This document shows positions 49,876 through 58,644 of a stretch of DNA of 64,000 bases, one piece after another. The translations under genes were made by a program, and so were the position numbers. Below the pieces are notes generated by a model. The model worked only from the letters and a program-made list of their open reading frames with translations. It was not told the DNA's origin and made no database searches. This DNA comes from an uncultured Nitrososphaerota archaeon (lineage in GTDB: Archaea; Thermoproteota; Nitrososphaeria; Nitrososphaerales; Gagatemarchaeaceae): NCBI GenBank assembly GCA_963718895.1, contig CAVRAG010000008.1:864001-928000 (forward strand), read 5' to 3'. The stretch's first letter is position 1, and every line of letters begins with the position of its first letter.

Positions 49876-50533
49876 GGGGGGTGACCTCCATCCCTGTGCT
49901 GGAAACCGAGAAGCGGAAGTATCCGTGAAGCGGTGGCAAACCGAGCATCTTCCTCACGCGGAAGAGCGGTGTGATCGCGAGGCCCTCCTCGTAGAGCCGC
50001 ATCTCGATGACCCCGTCGAAGAGTTGCTCCATGGTGGTCAAGACGTTCGGGGGGTGCATCCCCTCCTCGGCAAGGGCGAAAGTCACGGAGTCCTGTTGCT
50101 TCAGGTCCGAGAGTAGCTGAGACCAGTATCCGTACATGGATTCAAGAGGATTGAGGACGAGCAGTGGAGAGAGCACGTCGGTCGCGACCCTGATCCTTCT
50201 CTGCTTGTTCCTGTGGACGGCCTCCTTCACGTTGAAGGAGATCGCTGTGGAGTCGCGGAGGTCGCACTTGACCGGCGAGCCGGAGCTCGCCATCCACTCA
50301 GGGACGCGGTCGGCTCCGATTCCCACGCCCTTCATGTCTCTCAGCACGTCGGAGACCGGACGGTGGGTGGCGTAGAGGCAGAAGTCGCCCTGAATCAGAC
50401 CGGAGCGGACGAACCAATACCCGAGGGCTTCCTTGCCTATTCCCGGTGGCCCGACGACCAAGATCGCAGACCTGTCCGGGTACCCATCACCGCCGAGGAG
50501 GGCATCGAGCGATGCCACGCCGGTGGAGACCAT
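49865..50533 (-). CDS. Single-domain KaiC/RAD55-like ATPase, paralog 2
   Basis: 222 aa, colinear with and highly similar to 48147-48815. Confidence 0.85.
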   Translation of the reverse strand: MVSTGVASLDALLGGDGYPDRSAILVVGPPGIGKEALGYWFVRSGLIQGDFCLYATHRPVSDVLRDMKGVGIGADRVPEWMASSGSPVKCDLRDSTAISFNVKEAVHRNKQRRIRVATDVLSPLLVLNPLESMYGYWSQLLSDLKQQDSVTFALAEEGMHPPNVLTTMEQLFDGVIEMRLYEEGLAITPLFRVRKMLGLPPLHGYFRFSVSSTGMEVTPHVK

Positions 50534-50823
50534 ACGATGCCGTGGTTACTAGGAACGCAGGAGATAAGAGTATCTCGACGCTGTCACGGCAACAACGGGC
50601 TTGTCGCTTTGCGATAATGGCAGTGCGGCCATCCTGCCCGCAATACACGACTACCCCTGGCCGGCCCTTTGTCCGCCACGGCGAGCGAACCCCATTCCCC
50701 GACGACCGCTTCCATCATCGTCATCCTCCTTTCGTCTGGCGCCCCCAAGCCATCGGTCGGCGCGCTGCCGGCGCAAACCTGGCAATTCGGACTTCGAAGG
50801 GGTCCCCCTCCCTTGTTGTCCAG

Positions 50824-51204
50824 TCAGTTGTCAGATGGACCGGGTCCAAGCAAACCACCCCGGAGGCCGTGATAGACATTGTGGGCCGAGACCACTCCGA
50901 CCAGGGCTACGACGAGCTCGGCGATTCCAACCACATCCCCGCCGAACGGGATCGTGTCGCGAGTCGACAGCAGCTCCACCAGGAAGACGATGATTGGTAT
51001 CCAGAAGATTATGCCGGCGAGGAGCGGACCGAGCTTGAATCTTGCACGCAGTAAGAGAATCGTAGCGATCAGACCCACAAAGAAGATGGGCTGCGCCTCG
51101 GACTGGAAGGCAGGGTCGAAACCGAGCCCCTCTATCACCCCGAGCGCATCCAGGATCGCTGCGCACGCGATGCAAATCCACAGGACCTTCAAGCTCACGG
51201 CCAT
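50824..51204 (-). CDS. Four-TM membrane protein
   Basis: Four hydrophobic helices. Confidence 0.6.
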   Translation of the reverse strand: MAVSLKVLWICIACAAILDALGVIEGLGFDPAFQSEAQPIFFVGLIATILLLRARFKLGPLLAGIIFWIPIIVFLVELLSTRDTIPFGGDVVGIAELVVALVGVVSAHNVYHGLRGGLLGPGPSDN

Positions 51205-51502
51205 GTGGATCTCCCTCCGCGCTCAGCCACTAACCCAACGCTCTCCTTCAACAGGACCCCGCGTCCAAGCACCAGACTTCCCAAAGAATTGAGTGCGGGT
51301 TGCCCTAGTTTTCGCACTCGTCGGCAGGCTTCGAGACAGTCCGATTCGACGGCGCCGGGGAGTCTGTCTCGGGACGAAGCCCCCTGCAGACAAATCCCAT
51401 GGTTCGATTTCTCTACGGGGCATGAACTCGTCGCCGGCGACACGGTCTCGTCCCGAAACCGATATAAAACGGAGTTATGAACTTACGACAAGGTTCCATT
51501 TA

Positions 51503-52231
51503 GTGGGCGCAAAGATTCCAATCGGCATCGCCGGGCTGGACTCCATCCTCAGGGGCGGACTCCCGGAGGAGCGCGTGGTCCTCGTACTCGGCGAGCCCGG
51601 GACGGGAAAGACAATACTGTGCTCCCAGTTCCTCTACCACGGCGCATCCACGGGTGAAGGGAACGCCGTCTTCGTCGGGATGAACGAGCCGAAGTCGCGC
51701 TTCATCGCGGAGATGGCCCAGTTCGGGATGGACTTCGCCAGGCTGGAGTCTGCCGGGAGCTTTTCGTATGTCGACGCCACCGAGATCAGGCGGATACCCG
51801 AGCAGGCAAGGGTCGGGCGGATCCCGGTGGGCGGCAAGGAGCTGGGGGTGGTCAACCTCATCGACATGATCCAAGAGGCCGTCGAGAAGACCAAGCCCAA
51901 ACGGATAGTGGTCGACTCGATCTCAGACCTGATATTCCGATTCCCCCTCGTCGAGGAGCGCAGGCCGGTGGTCCTCGACATGGTCGAGACCCTGCAGTCC
52001 TCCGGGGCCACCTCGCTGCTCACGAGCGAGCTGCTGTCGACCGGGGACGAAAGAGCCCTGCAGCCGGAGGAATACCTCGCGGAAGGCGTGATACTGTTAC
52101 GGACCCTGAGGAAGGGCGTCAGAGCTCTCCAGGTCCCAAAGATGAGGGGCTCGGACGTCGACACGGCCCAGAGGCCCTATGCCATCAAGGACAGGGGCCT
52201 GGAGGTCTACGCGACGGAAGAGGTCTACTGA
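51503..52231 (+). CDS. KaiC-like ATPase with intact motifs
   Basis: GIAGLDSILRGGLP, GEPGTGKT, RIVVDSIS, EEYLAEGVI, KMRG. Confidence 0.9.
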   Translation: MGAKIPIGIAGLDSILRGGLPEERVVLVLGEPGTGKTILCSQFLYHGASTGEGNAVFVGMNEPKSRFIAEMAQFGMDFARLESAGSFSYVDATEIRRIPEQARVGRIPVGGKELGVVNLIDMIQEAVEKTKPKRIVVDSISDLIFRFPLVEERRPVVLDMVETLQSSGATSLLTSELLSTGDERALQPEEYLAEGVILLRTLRKGVRALQVPKMRGSDVDTAQRPYAIKDRGLEVYATEEVY

Positions 52232-52244
52232 GCCCCAGCGCGAT

Positions 52245-53036
52245 GTGATGCTCTTGGCGGCCATCGAATATTCGGACATCCCGGAACCGGTGCTGGCGGT
52301 CCTCAAGACTTCCAAGATCGGCTACCTCTCGGTCAAGTCGGAGAAGGGAGACCTGTACACCTATCCCGTCGCCTTCCTCTTCTCAGGGAAGCAGGTCTAC
52401 ACCATGACGCCCATAAGCGCGGCGAAGCTCAGGTTCATGAAGGCCAATCCGGGTGTCTCCTTCCTCGTCGAGAACAAGGGCCTGACTCTTGGGGCGGTCG
52501 GCGCGATGGTACAGGGAAACGCCAAGGTCTACAGCATCGCGAAGACCGTCTCCTCGATCCTGTCGATCGGTCCCAACATGGCCAAGTATGCCAAGAAGTA
52601 CCCGAGCCAATTCACGTTCTACGCACGCGGGAAGCACCTGCCCGACGAGAGGAAGCTCTACAAGTACAGGTTCATACGGATCCAGCCGACCAAGATCCTG
52701 TACTGGGTCGGGTACGAGTTCGGGCGCTACAAGGGGAAGGGTGCAAAGGAGGACGCGCTCGCCGGCGCGTCCGACGACGAGAAGATGGAGGCGTTCGCCA
52801 CCCTGATGAAAGGGGCGGACGAGGAGTTCGCAGCGGGGGAGGTCCCTCCACCGACCGGAGAGTGGGCGAGCAGGGTCGAGGAGGCGGTCGAGAACGGAAC
52901 CATCTCGGAAGAGGAGCGCCAGGCGATGGGTTCGTTCAGGGGCTTCCTGAGACAGGCGACCGAGCAGAGCAAGGTCGGGCACAAGGTCACGGATGATGAG
53001 AAGCGATTGCTGAAGAAGTGGAAGTCGGCTTCCTGA
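52245..53036 (+). CDS. Pyridoxamine 5'-phosphate oxidase-like (FMN split-barrel) protein with helical C-terminus
   Basis: IGYLSV..YPVAF..AKLRFMKANPGVSFLV..IRIQPTKILYW. Confidence 0.7.
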   Translation: MMLLAAIEYSDIPEPVLAVLKTSKIGYLSVKSEKGDLYTYPVAFLFSGKQVYTMTPISAAKLRFMKANPGVSFLVENKGLTLGAVGAMVQGNAKVYSIAKTVSSILSIGPNMAKYAKKYPSQFTFYARGKHLPDERKLYKYRFIRIQPTKILYWVGYEFGRYKGKGAKEDALAGASDDEKMEAFATLMKGADEEFAAGEVPPPTGEWASRVEEAVENGTISEEERQAMGSFRGFLRQATEQSKVGHKVTDDEKRLLKKWKSAS

Positions 53037-53364
53037 GTAGCAACGAGCACTCAACATCTTGGAAGGGCTCGCCCTGAAATCGTGTCGGAACTCGACCTGA
53101 TCCGCGGGTGGTTTGCATACGGCGCATGGGCTCGCCAAGAGCACCTCCAAGCCTTCTCCAAGCTGTCACCCTGCGGGCGCCGGGCTCTTACGCGCGAACT
53201 GGACCGGACCTTGCGGCCGCTCTGATAGGTCAGGACGACAATCCTCCCGCATCAGTGCACACGACGCCCGGTGACGGCGGCTAGGGTGCTGCGGAGGAGA
53301 GGAGCCCCGTTTGAAATGTCTGACCTTCTCCACCACGAGCGGAGCTGCACGGGAAACCAGGGCG

Positions 53365-53637
53365 CTAGAGAGCTGTCACGACCCAAAGGTAGCCGGCCAG
53401 GAGCGCGGCCACCGCGAGCACGGCCACGACGACCAGGAGCGTCCGCCTGCCGTGCCGCTGCCAGGACCTGCTCGGAGGGCCGTAGGTTATCCCCCTGTGC
53501 GGGCCCTCTATCTGCGCGACGAAGGACGGCACGTGAAGCGATTGGGCCACGTGCTTGTGCGTAGTCCCGCAGCGCTTGAGGTGCCTCTCGTAGTGGCTGT
53601 CGCTGATGAGCGTGCGGCACTTGGGGCAGACAGGCAT
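53365..53637 (-). CDS. Small Zn-finger protein with C-terminal TM
   Basis: CPKC..HLKRC; hydrophobic tail. Confidence 0.6.
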   Translation of the reverse strand: MPVCPKCRTLISDSHYERHLKRCGTTHKHVAQSLHVPSFVAQIEGPHRGITYGPPSRSWQRHGRRTLLVVVAVLAVAALLAGYLWVVTAL

Positions 53638-53795
53638 GGTTGAACTCCGTTCTTTTGGGGTCGAGGCCGCTGTTACGTGTTTCTGGCTTTCTCGAAGGAC
53701 GAGGCTCTGCGCTACCTTAGCGTCGCTTCGCTCTGGTCATACAACGACCTTGCGCGATGACGAACGAATAGGCCCATCGACCTTGTCCGAAAGGG

Positions 53796-54797
53796 GTGCG
53801 TGCGGGCTGGCTTAATACGGGGCAGCCGTTGATTGGAGACGTGAAGAAGACCCCGACCGACTGGCTCCTCGAGGAGGACCAGCCTGCCGCCGGGTATCTC
53901 GCCCTGACACAGCTCCTGGGCAGGGGTGAGAGGGACCCGGACGTCGTCGCGGCCCGAGAGCAGATTCCCCGAAGGGGCTGGGCGGCGGAGATAATGGCCG
54001 CCCAGGAGCCGGAGGGCTGGTGGGTGAACGGCGAGAAGAGCCTCTACACCCCGAAGTATCTCTCGACCAACTGGATGCTCCTGATGCTCGCCGACCTCGG
54101 GATGACCAGGAGCGACCCCAGGATAGCGAAGGCCTCAGAGGTCTGGATCGAGCGGTTCTCGAGGCCGGACGGGGGTTTCGGGACCAGCGGGAAGAAGAGC
54201 CATCTGTGCGTGGTGGGGAACACGACGAGGGCGCTGGTCCAGTTCGGGTATGCGGACCACCCGAGGGTCGCCATGGCCTTCGAGTGGCTGGTGAAGAACG
54301 CGGCCGAGAAGGGAGGCTGGTCGTGCTTCGGGAGCAGGAGGAACCTGGACTCCTGGGAGCCCATGAGCGCCTTCGCCGTGTATCCCAGGCAGCGGTGGAC
54401 CAGGGGCATGAAGCTTGCGGTGGAGAAGGGTGCCGAGTTCTTTCTCGAGAGGGAGATGCACGTCCAGGGAGACCACTACGAGCCATGGTATCGCTTCCAC
54501 TACCCGGTCCACTACTACTACGACCTTCTCGTCGGCCTCGACTTCATGACAGCCCTGGGGTACGGCAATGACCCGAGGCTGGGCCACGCGACAGAGGTCC
54601 TCAAGAAGAAGAGGTCGAAGGACGGGAGATGGAACCTTGATGCGGTCCATCCCGACGCGGAGGGAGGGACGGCAGAATGGTACAGCAAGCACCCGACGCA
54701 GGCGCCCACCCCTTTCTCGCTCGAGAAGACCGGAGAGCCGAGCAAGATGATCACGCTGACGGCGCTCAGAGTGCTGAATCGGCTCGGGGGAGATTGA
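53796..54797 (+). CDS. Prenyltransferase/squalene-cyclase-like alpha-alpha toroid protein
   Basis: WLLEEDQP, QEPEGWW, YTPKYLSTNW, RFHYPVHYYYDLL, KRSKDGRW, PSKMITLTAL. Confidence 0.7.
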   Translation: MRAGWLNTGQPLIGDVKKTPTDWLLEEDQPAAGYLALTQLLGRGERDPDVVAAREQIPRRGWAAEIMAAQEPEGWWVNGEKSLYTPKYLSTNWMLLMLADLGMTRSDPRIAKASEVWIERFSRPDGGFGTSGKKSHLCVVGNTTRALVQFGYADHPRVAMAFEWLVKNAAEKGGWSCFGSRRNLDSWEPMSAFAVYPRQRWTRGMKLAVEKGAEFFLEREMHVQGDHYEPWYRFHYPVHYYYDLLVGLDFMTALGYGNDPRLGHATEVLKKKRSKDGRWNLDAVHPDAEGGTAEWYSKHPTQAPTPFSLEKTGEPSKMITLTALRVLNRLGGD

Positions 54798-54861
54798 TGA
54801 CGTCAGGCGGGCATCGAAGTGAATGTCTAGGCTCCAGGTCCTGTCCAGTCAACTGGTGACC

Positions 54862-55200
54862 TTAGACCCGCCTCACGCGGGACGGTGACGATGCCGGAGA
54901 CCTACGATCATGATGCCGACCAGCTCGCCCTTCCTCGTCCGCATGATGACGCCGTCCTGAGGCTCGATTGAGTCGTCCCGCCTCTCTGGGCTTGCCGAGC
55001 GAGATGTAGAGGACGTCGCCCTTCTCGTCGTAGTCTATGTCCAGCTTGTCGGGCTTCATGACTAATCCTTCCATATCAGTTCACCCTTGATCCTCTTCAG
55101 ATCGGAAGTGAAGTGCGCTGTTATCATAGCCTTGTGCCTGTTCCTCTCCCTGTAAACCGCGACGAGGTATTTTGGCCCTGGATGCGTCTACTCGAAGAAT
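54862..55200 (-). pseudogene. DUF2283 gene (frameshifted) with upstream toxin remnant
   Basis: IDYDEKGDVLYISLGKPREA; upstream KYLVAVYRE..MITAHFT..IWKD* fragment. Confidence 0.65.
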
Positions 55201-55250
55201 CTGACGCTTACCTCTCCTCCTCCGTGGCTCTTAAATATGTGCATGCGCTT

Positions 55251-55487
55251 GTGCACACATCAACGACCAAAGTCATCAGCCTCTCCAACGAGGCCTACGG
55301 CGAGCTCAAGAAACGGAAGGCGGCGGGAGAGTCGTTCTCGGACGTGGTCCTCAAGATCGTGAAGGGAAAGAGGTCAGAGTCGATTATGGAGCTCGCCGGG
55401 ACCTGGGCGGGGGGCGACGCCGACGAGGTGATAATGCGGTTGTCGAAGCAGCGTAGCGCCACCAAGCCCAGGGAGTTCGGCGCCTAG
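55251..55487 (+). CDS. VapB-family antitoxin
   Basis: TKVISLSNEAYGELKKRKAAGESFSDVVLKI..LAGTW. Confidence 0.85.
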   Translation: MHTSTTKVISLSNEAYGELKKRKAAGESFSDVVLKIVKGKRSESIMELAGTWAGGDADEVIMRLSKQRSATKPREFGA

Positions 55488-55550
55488 TTGGTCTGTCTCG
55501 ACTCGGACCTGCTGATCTCGTTCCTCCGCGGCCAACCGGCGGCGAAGTGG
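55488..55550 (+). pseudogene. Truncated VapC (about 20 codons)
   Basis: MVCLDSDLLISFLRG, then similarity is lost. Confidence 0.7.
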
Positions 55551-55691
55551 ACTAGGCCCGTGATCGCCCCGTCCCCGGTGCTCGTGTCCGTGATGACGAC
55601 GGAGAGCGAGGAGGCGTTGTCGGTCTTCGCGCCCGCCATTCGGACAAAGGTGTATTAGTCGAGAATCGGGCCGATTTCAAGGGAGAGCAGA

Positions 55692-56684
55692 TTGCACCAG
55701 AGCCTGGGAAGGAGAAGGACGCTCCTGGCGCTGGCCGTCCTGGTACTCGTCGCCGCGGGCGCCGCGGCCGCCTACGCGTACCTTGTGGTGTACCAGCCGG
55801 GAGCATCCAGGCCGCAGGGCGCTCTCTGGTCCAAGACCTTCGACTACACCCCCGGAGTCAAGATCTGGTCGGCCGACGATGACGGGATCGGGCAGGTCGT
55901 CGTCTCGCAGGACGACTCGACCATCCTGGTCGGCACCGGGCAGGCGATAGGCAACGGGAGCATCTACGCGTACGGCGAGAGCGGGACGATGCTGTGGAGC
56001 CACCAGCTCGACCGCTCCGTCTCGTCGATACGCACCTACGCCAACGGCTCGGTCATAGTCGTCAGCGGTTACGAGATCAGGCAGAATCCGGCGGGGACCT
56101 ACGAGAACCCTGCCCTCTTCGTCTTCGACGGGCGGGGCGCGGAGCTGTGGAACCAGAGCTTCGCCGGGCAGTCGGTGGACGCACAGGTCTCCTCCAACGG
56201 TTCGAGGCTAGCGGTCGCGACCGATGCGGCGCTGCTCTTCATGAACGACCAGGGGAACGTGATCTGGAGTTTCGCCCTTGGGGCCCGGGGAAGCTTCGAG
56301 GGCTTGGCGATGTCGCCCGACGCGAGCAGCGTGACCGTCGCCGTGTACTACTCTCCGGCGAGCAACATCTCGCAGACCGTCTCCCGGTCCCTAATCGTGT
56401 TCAACTCGATTGGAAGGGTCGTCTCCAATCGGACGACGACCGGTACGCTGACGAATCCTCCTCCCGGCATCACCAGCGACCTGACCTCGACAGCGAGCGC
56501 GTCCGAAGCCTCGTCGACGACGGGCCAATCCTGCGCGCCCGCTACCTTCTGGAACGGCGATGGTGTCCCGTCTGAGAACTTCCTCTCGCCGGACGGCCAC
56601 TATGCCATGGTCGTCTCCAATTGGGACAGTCGCGCGACCATGTTCTTCGTGGAGCTCCAGAAGAACGGCCTGAACTGCACCTGA
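55692..56684 (+). CDS. Membrane-anchored PQQ/WD-like beta-propeller protein
   Basis: N-terminal TM; repeats GTMLWS, GAELWN, GNVIWS. Confidence 0.7.
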   Translation: MHQSLGRRRTLLALAVLVLVAAGAAAAYAYLVVYQPGASRPQGALWSKTFDYTPGVKIWSADDDGIGQVVVSQDDSTILVGTGQAIGNGSIYAYGESGTMLWSHQLDRSVSSIRTYANGSVIVVSGYEIRQNPAGTYENPALFVFDGRGAELWNQSFAGQSVDAQVSSNGSRLAVATDAALLFMNDQGNVIWSFALGARGSFEGLAMSPDASSVTVAVYYSPASNISQTVSRSLIVFNSIGRVVSNRTTTGTLTNPPPGITSDLTSTASASEASSTTGQSCAPATFWNGDGVPSENFLSPDGHYAMVVSNWDSRATMFFVELQKNGLNCT

Positions 56685-57132
56685 ATGCGCTTCAGCTGGG
56701 ACCCCTAATCTCTGCCTCCAGCGGGCTCCTCTCCGAGGGTGAACGGCGGCTCGAACGGAAGGGTCCTCTGCGACGATTGACCACGAACGCGGACTTCCTG
56801 AATTTCCTCTCGAAGGCCCCGCGTGCGGCTGCTGCGTGGTTGAGGCTAGGCCGACCGGACGGCCCGTAGTCGGGTGGCACGGGAGGGTCACTGACCGGCG
56901 GGGCAGCAGAGAACGGCACCGGCCAGGACGGACGCGGTGGGAGAGCCCGGAGGTCCACCGTGAAGTTCAGCTCGTCGACCCGGCCCCAGGGGCCGAGGGC
57001 GGCTATCATGCAGCAGCCAAGACTGGACTTGCTGCCCGAAGATGCGTGCGCGCAAAGCGTGCTCCCTGCATTAACAACATGTCAGAACAATTCAGCTAAA
57101 GACGTATCATGACTTAGAACCACCAAACTGCC

Positions 57133-57306
57133 ATGAACCCCATCAGCAAGCCAAGGCGGAAACAGATCAGGGGAAGAGTGCGCGAGAAGATCGGCGGGAT
57201 GACAGGCAATCGGAAGCAGCAGATATCTGGCAGGATGGAACGATACGAGGGGACGGCTCGCCTTGAGGTAGGGAGGGTCGCCAAGAAGATCAAAAGGCGA
57301 CTCTAG
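57133..57306 (+). CDS. CsbD-like small basic protein (not in the ORF track)
   Basis: 57 aa, KQIRGRVREKIGGMTGNRKQQISGRMERYEG. Confidence 0.6.
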   Translation: MNPISKPRRKQIRGRVREKIGGMTGNRKQQISGRMERYEGTARLEVGRVAKKIKRRL

Positions 57307-57462
57307 TCAGAATTCGTATTTCCGCTACTCCAACCTCCTCTACGGAACTCGACGAACTCCCTTGACTACGCACGGATGGACTTGAAATTCATCCACCCAG
57401 CCGCGAATCGAGCGCGGAGAGCTAGCTACCGGCCGTGACTCCGACCCTAAACGGCATCGCGC

Positions 57463-58164
57463 CTATCCGAACGGCAGGTACACCACGCCAATCCCCTGGA
57501 CCGACACGCCGACCGGCGCGAACGGGAGGAATGGACAAGAGGGCGCCGCGATGGGGGCGAAATCGGACGCGTTGACCTGGGAGTATCCCACCGCCATCGG
57601 CATCCCGCTGCAGCGCTCATAGGGCGCCGAGCGGTCGTAGAACCCCGTCGAGCTGCCCAGGGCGGTGACCGTGTACACCATCGAGACGTAGTCCATGGTC
57701 GGCGTCGGGATGATCGAGGCGGGGGAGGCTGTGATGACGAAGGAGTGCGAGACGGTCTCGGCGCAGTAGGTCCCTGTCCCTCCTCCGCTCGCCGTGCAGC
57801 TCTCGGTCCCTATGGAGAGCTCGAACGGGTAGATGCCGTTCACGAAGTACTGCTTCTGGTACAGGCTTGAGTTCCCCTCCCAGACCGACTGGTAGGTCAC
57901 GCAGATGTATCCGGTCGAGCCGGGCTGCATCAGGAGCACTGGGACGTTCTCCATGGTCATGGCGGTCCTGCTGTTGTACACGTCTTCGCTGCAGGACTGG
58001 GGTACGCTGGTCGTGACGGTCTCCGAGCTCGTCGACGGACCTGTCGACCGCGGGGCGGCCGTTCCGGAGTAGGACGACGCGGCGATGGCCGCTCCTATGA
58101 CCGCCGCGGCCACGACCAGGGCTATGACCGGACGGGCAAAGCCCCTGACCGGTCGATCGCTCAT
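57463..58164 (-). CDS. Secreted or membrane-anchored hypothetical protein
   Basis: N-terminal hydrophobic helix, S/T-rich, paired Cys. Confidence 0.65.
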   Translation of the reverse strand: MSDRPVRGFARPVIALVVAAAVIGAAIAASSYSGTAAPRSTGPSTSSETVTTSVPQSCSEDVYNSRTAMTMENVPVLLMQPGSTGYICVTYQSVWEGNSSLYQKQYFVNGIYPFELSIGTESCTASGGGTGTYCAETVSHSFVITASPASIIPTPTMDYVSMVYTVTALGSSTGFYDRSAPYERCSGMPMAVGYSQVNASDFAPIAAPSCPFLPFAPVGVSVQGIGVVYLPFG

Positions 58165-58260
58165 CCGTTCCTAGCCTTCTGGACATTCGGCGCAGCTACG
58201 TGATTAATAGTTTTGTCCCAGCGGGGCCCGGTCACGAGAAGGCAACGCGTGAGGTGACGA

Positions 58261-58530
58261 CTAGCCGTAAATGATGGTGGTCGCGCTGAGCCAGAGCAGG
58301 AGCGTCCCGAGGATGAGCAGGAAGGGAGACCCGAGGACCAGCGTCCTCTTCTCAACCTGGCCCCTTCGCAGGAGCGCGACCACGGAGACCAGCAGCGAGA
58401 ACTCGATCACGAGCAGCTCCGCCTCCAGGAGCCCCTTCAGGAGGGCGCTTCTTGAGACGATTTCGACCGTCCCGAGGGTCGTGAGCATCGTCGCTGCGGC
58501 CGTCGCGATGGCTGCCGCAATCAGGTTGTA
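58261..58530 (-). CDS. Small membrane protein or fragment
   Basis: Three hydrophobic segments; start uncertain. Confidence 0.4.
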   Translation of the reverse strand, partial: YNLIAAAIATAAATMLTTLGTVEIVSRSALLKGLLEAELLVIEFSLLVSVVALLRRGQVEKRTLVLGSPFLLILGTLLLWLSATTIIYG

Positions 58531-58644
58531 GTTTGCTTCGTGAGGGGTCAGTTCGTCGCTGGCCGACGTTGCGCGGAAGACAGGATTCCAGGGGGTAAAT
58601 GTAAGCCGTTCGGTCTCGACCAGAGATTGGAAGGAAACGGTGGC

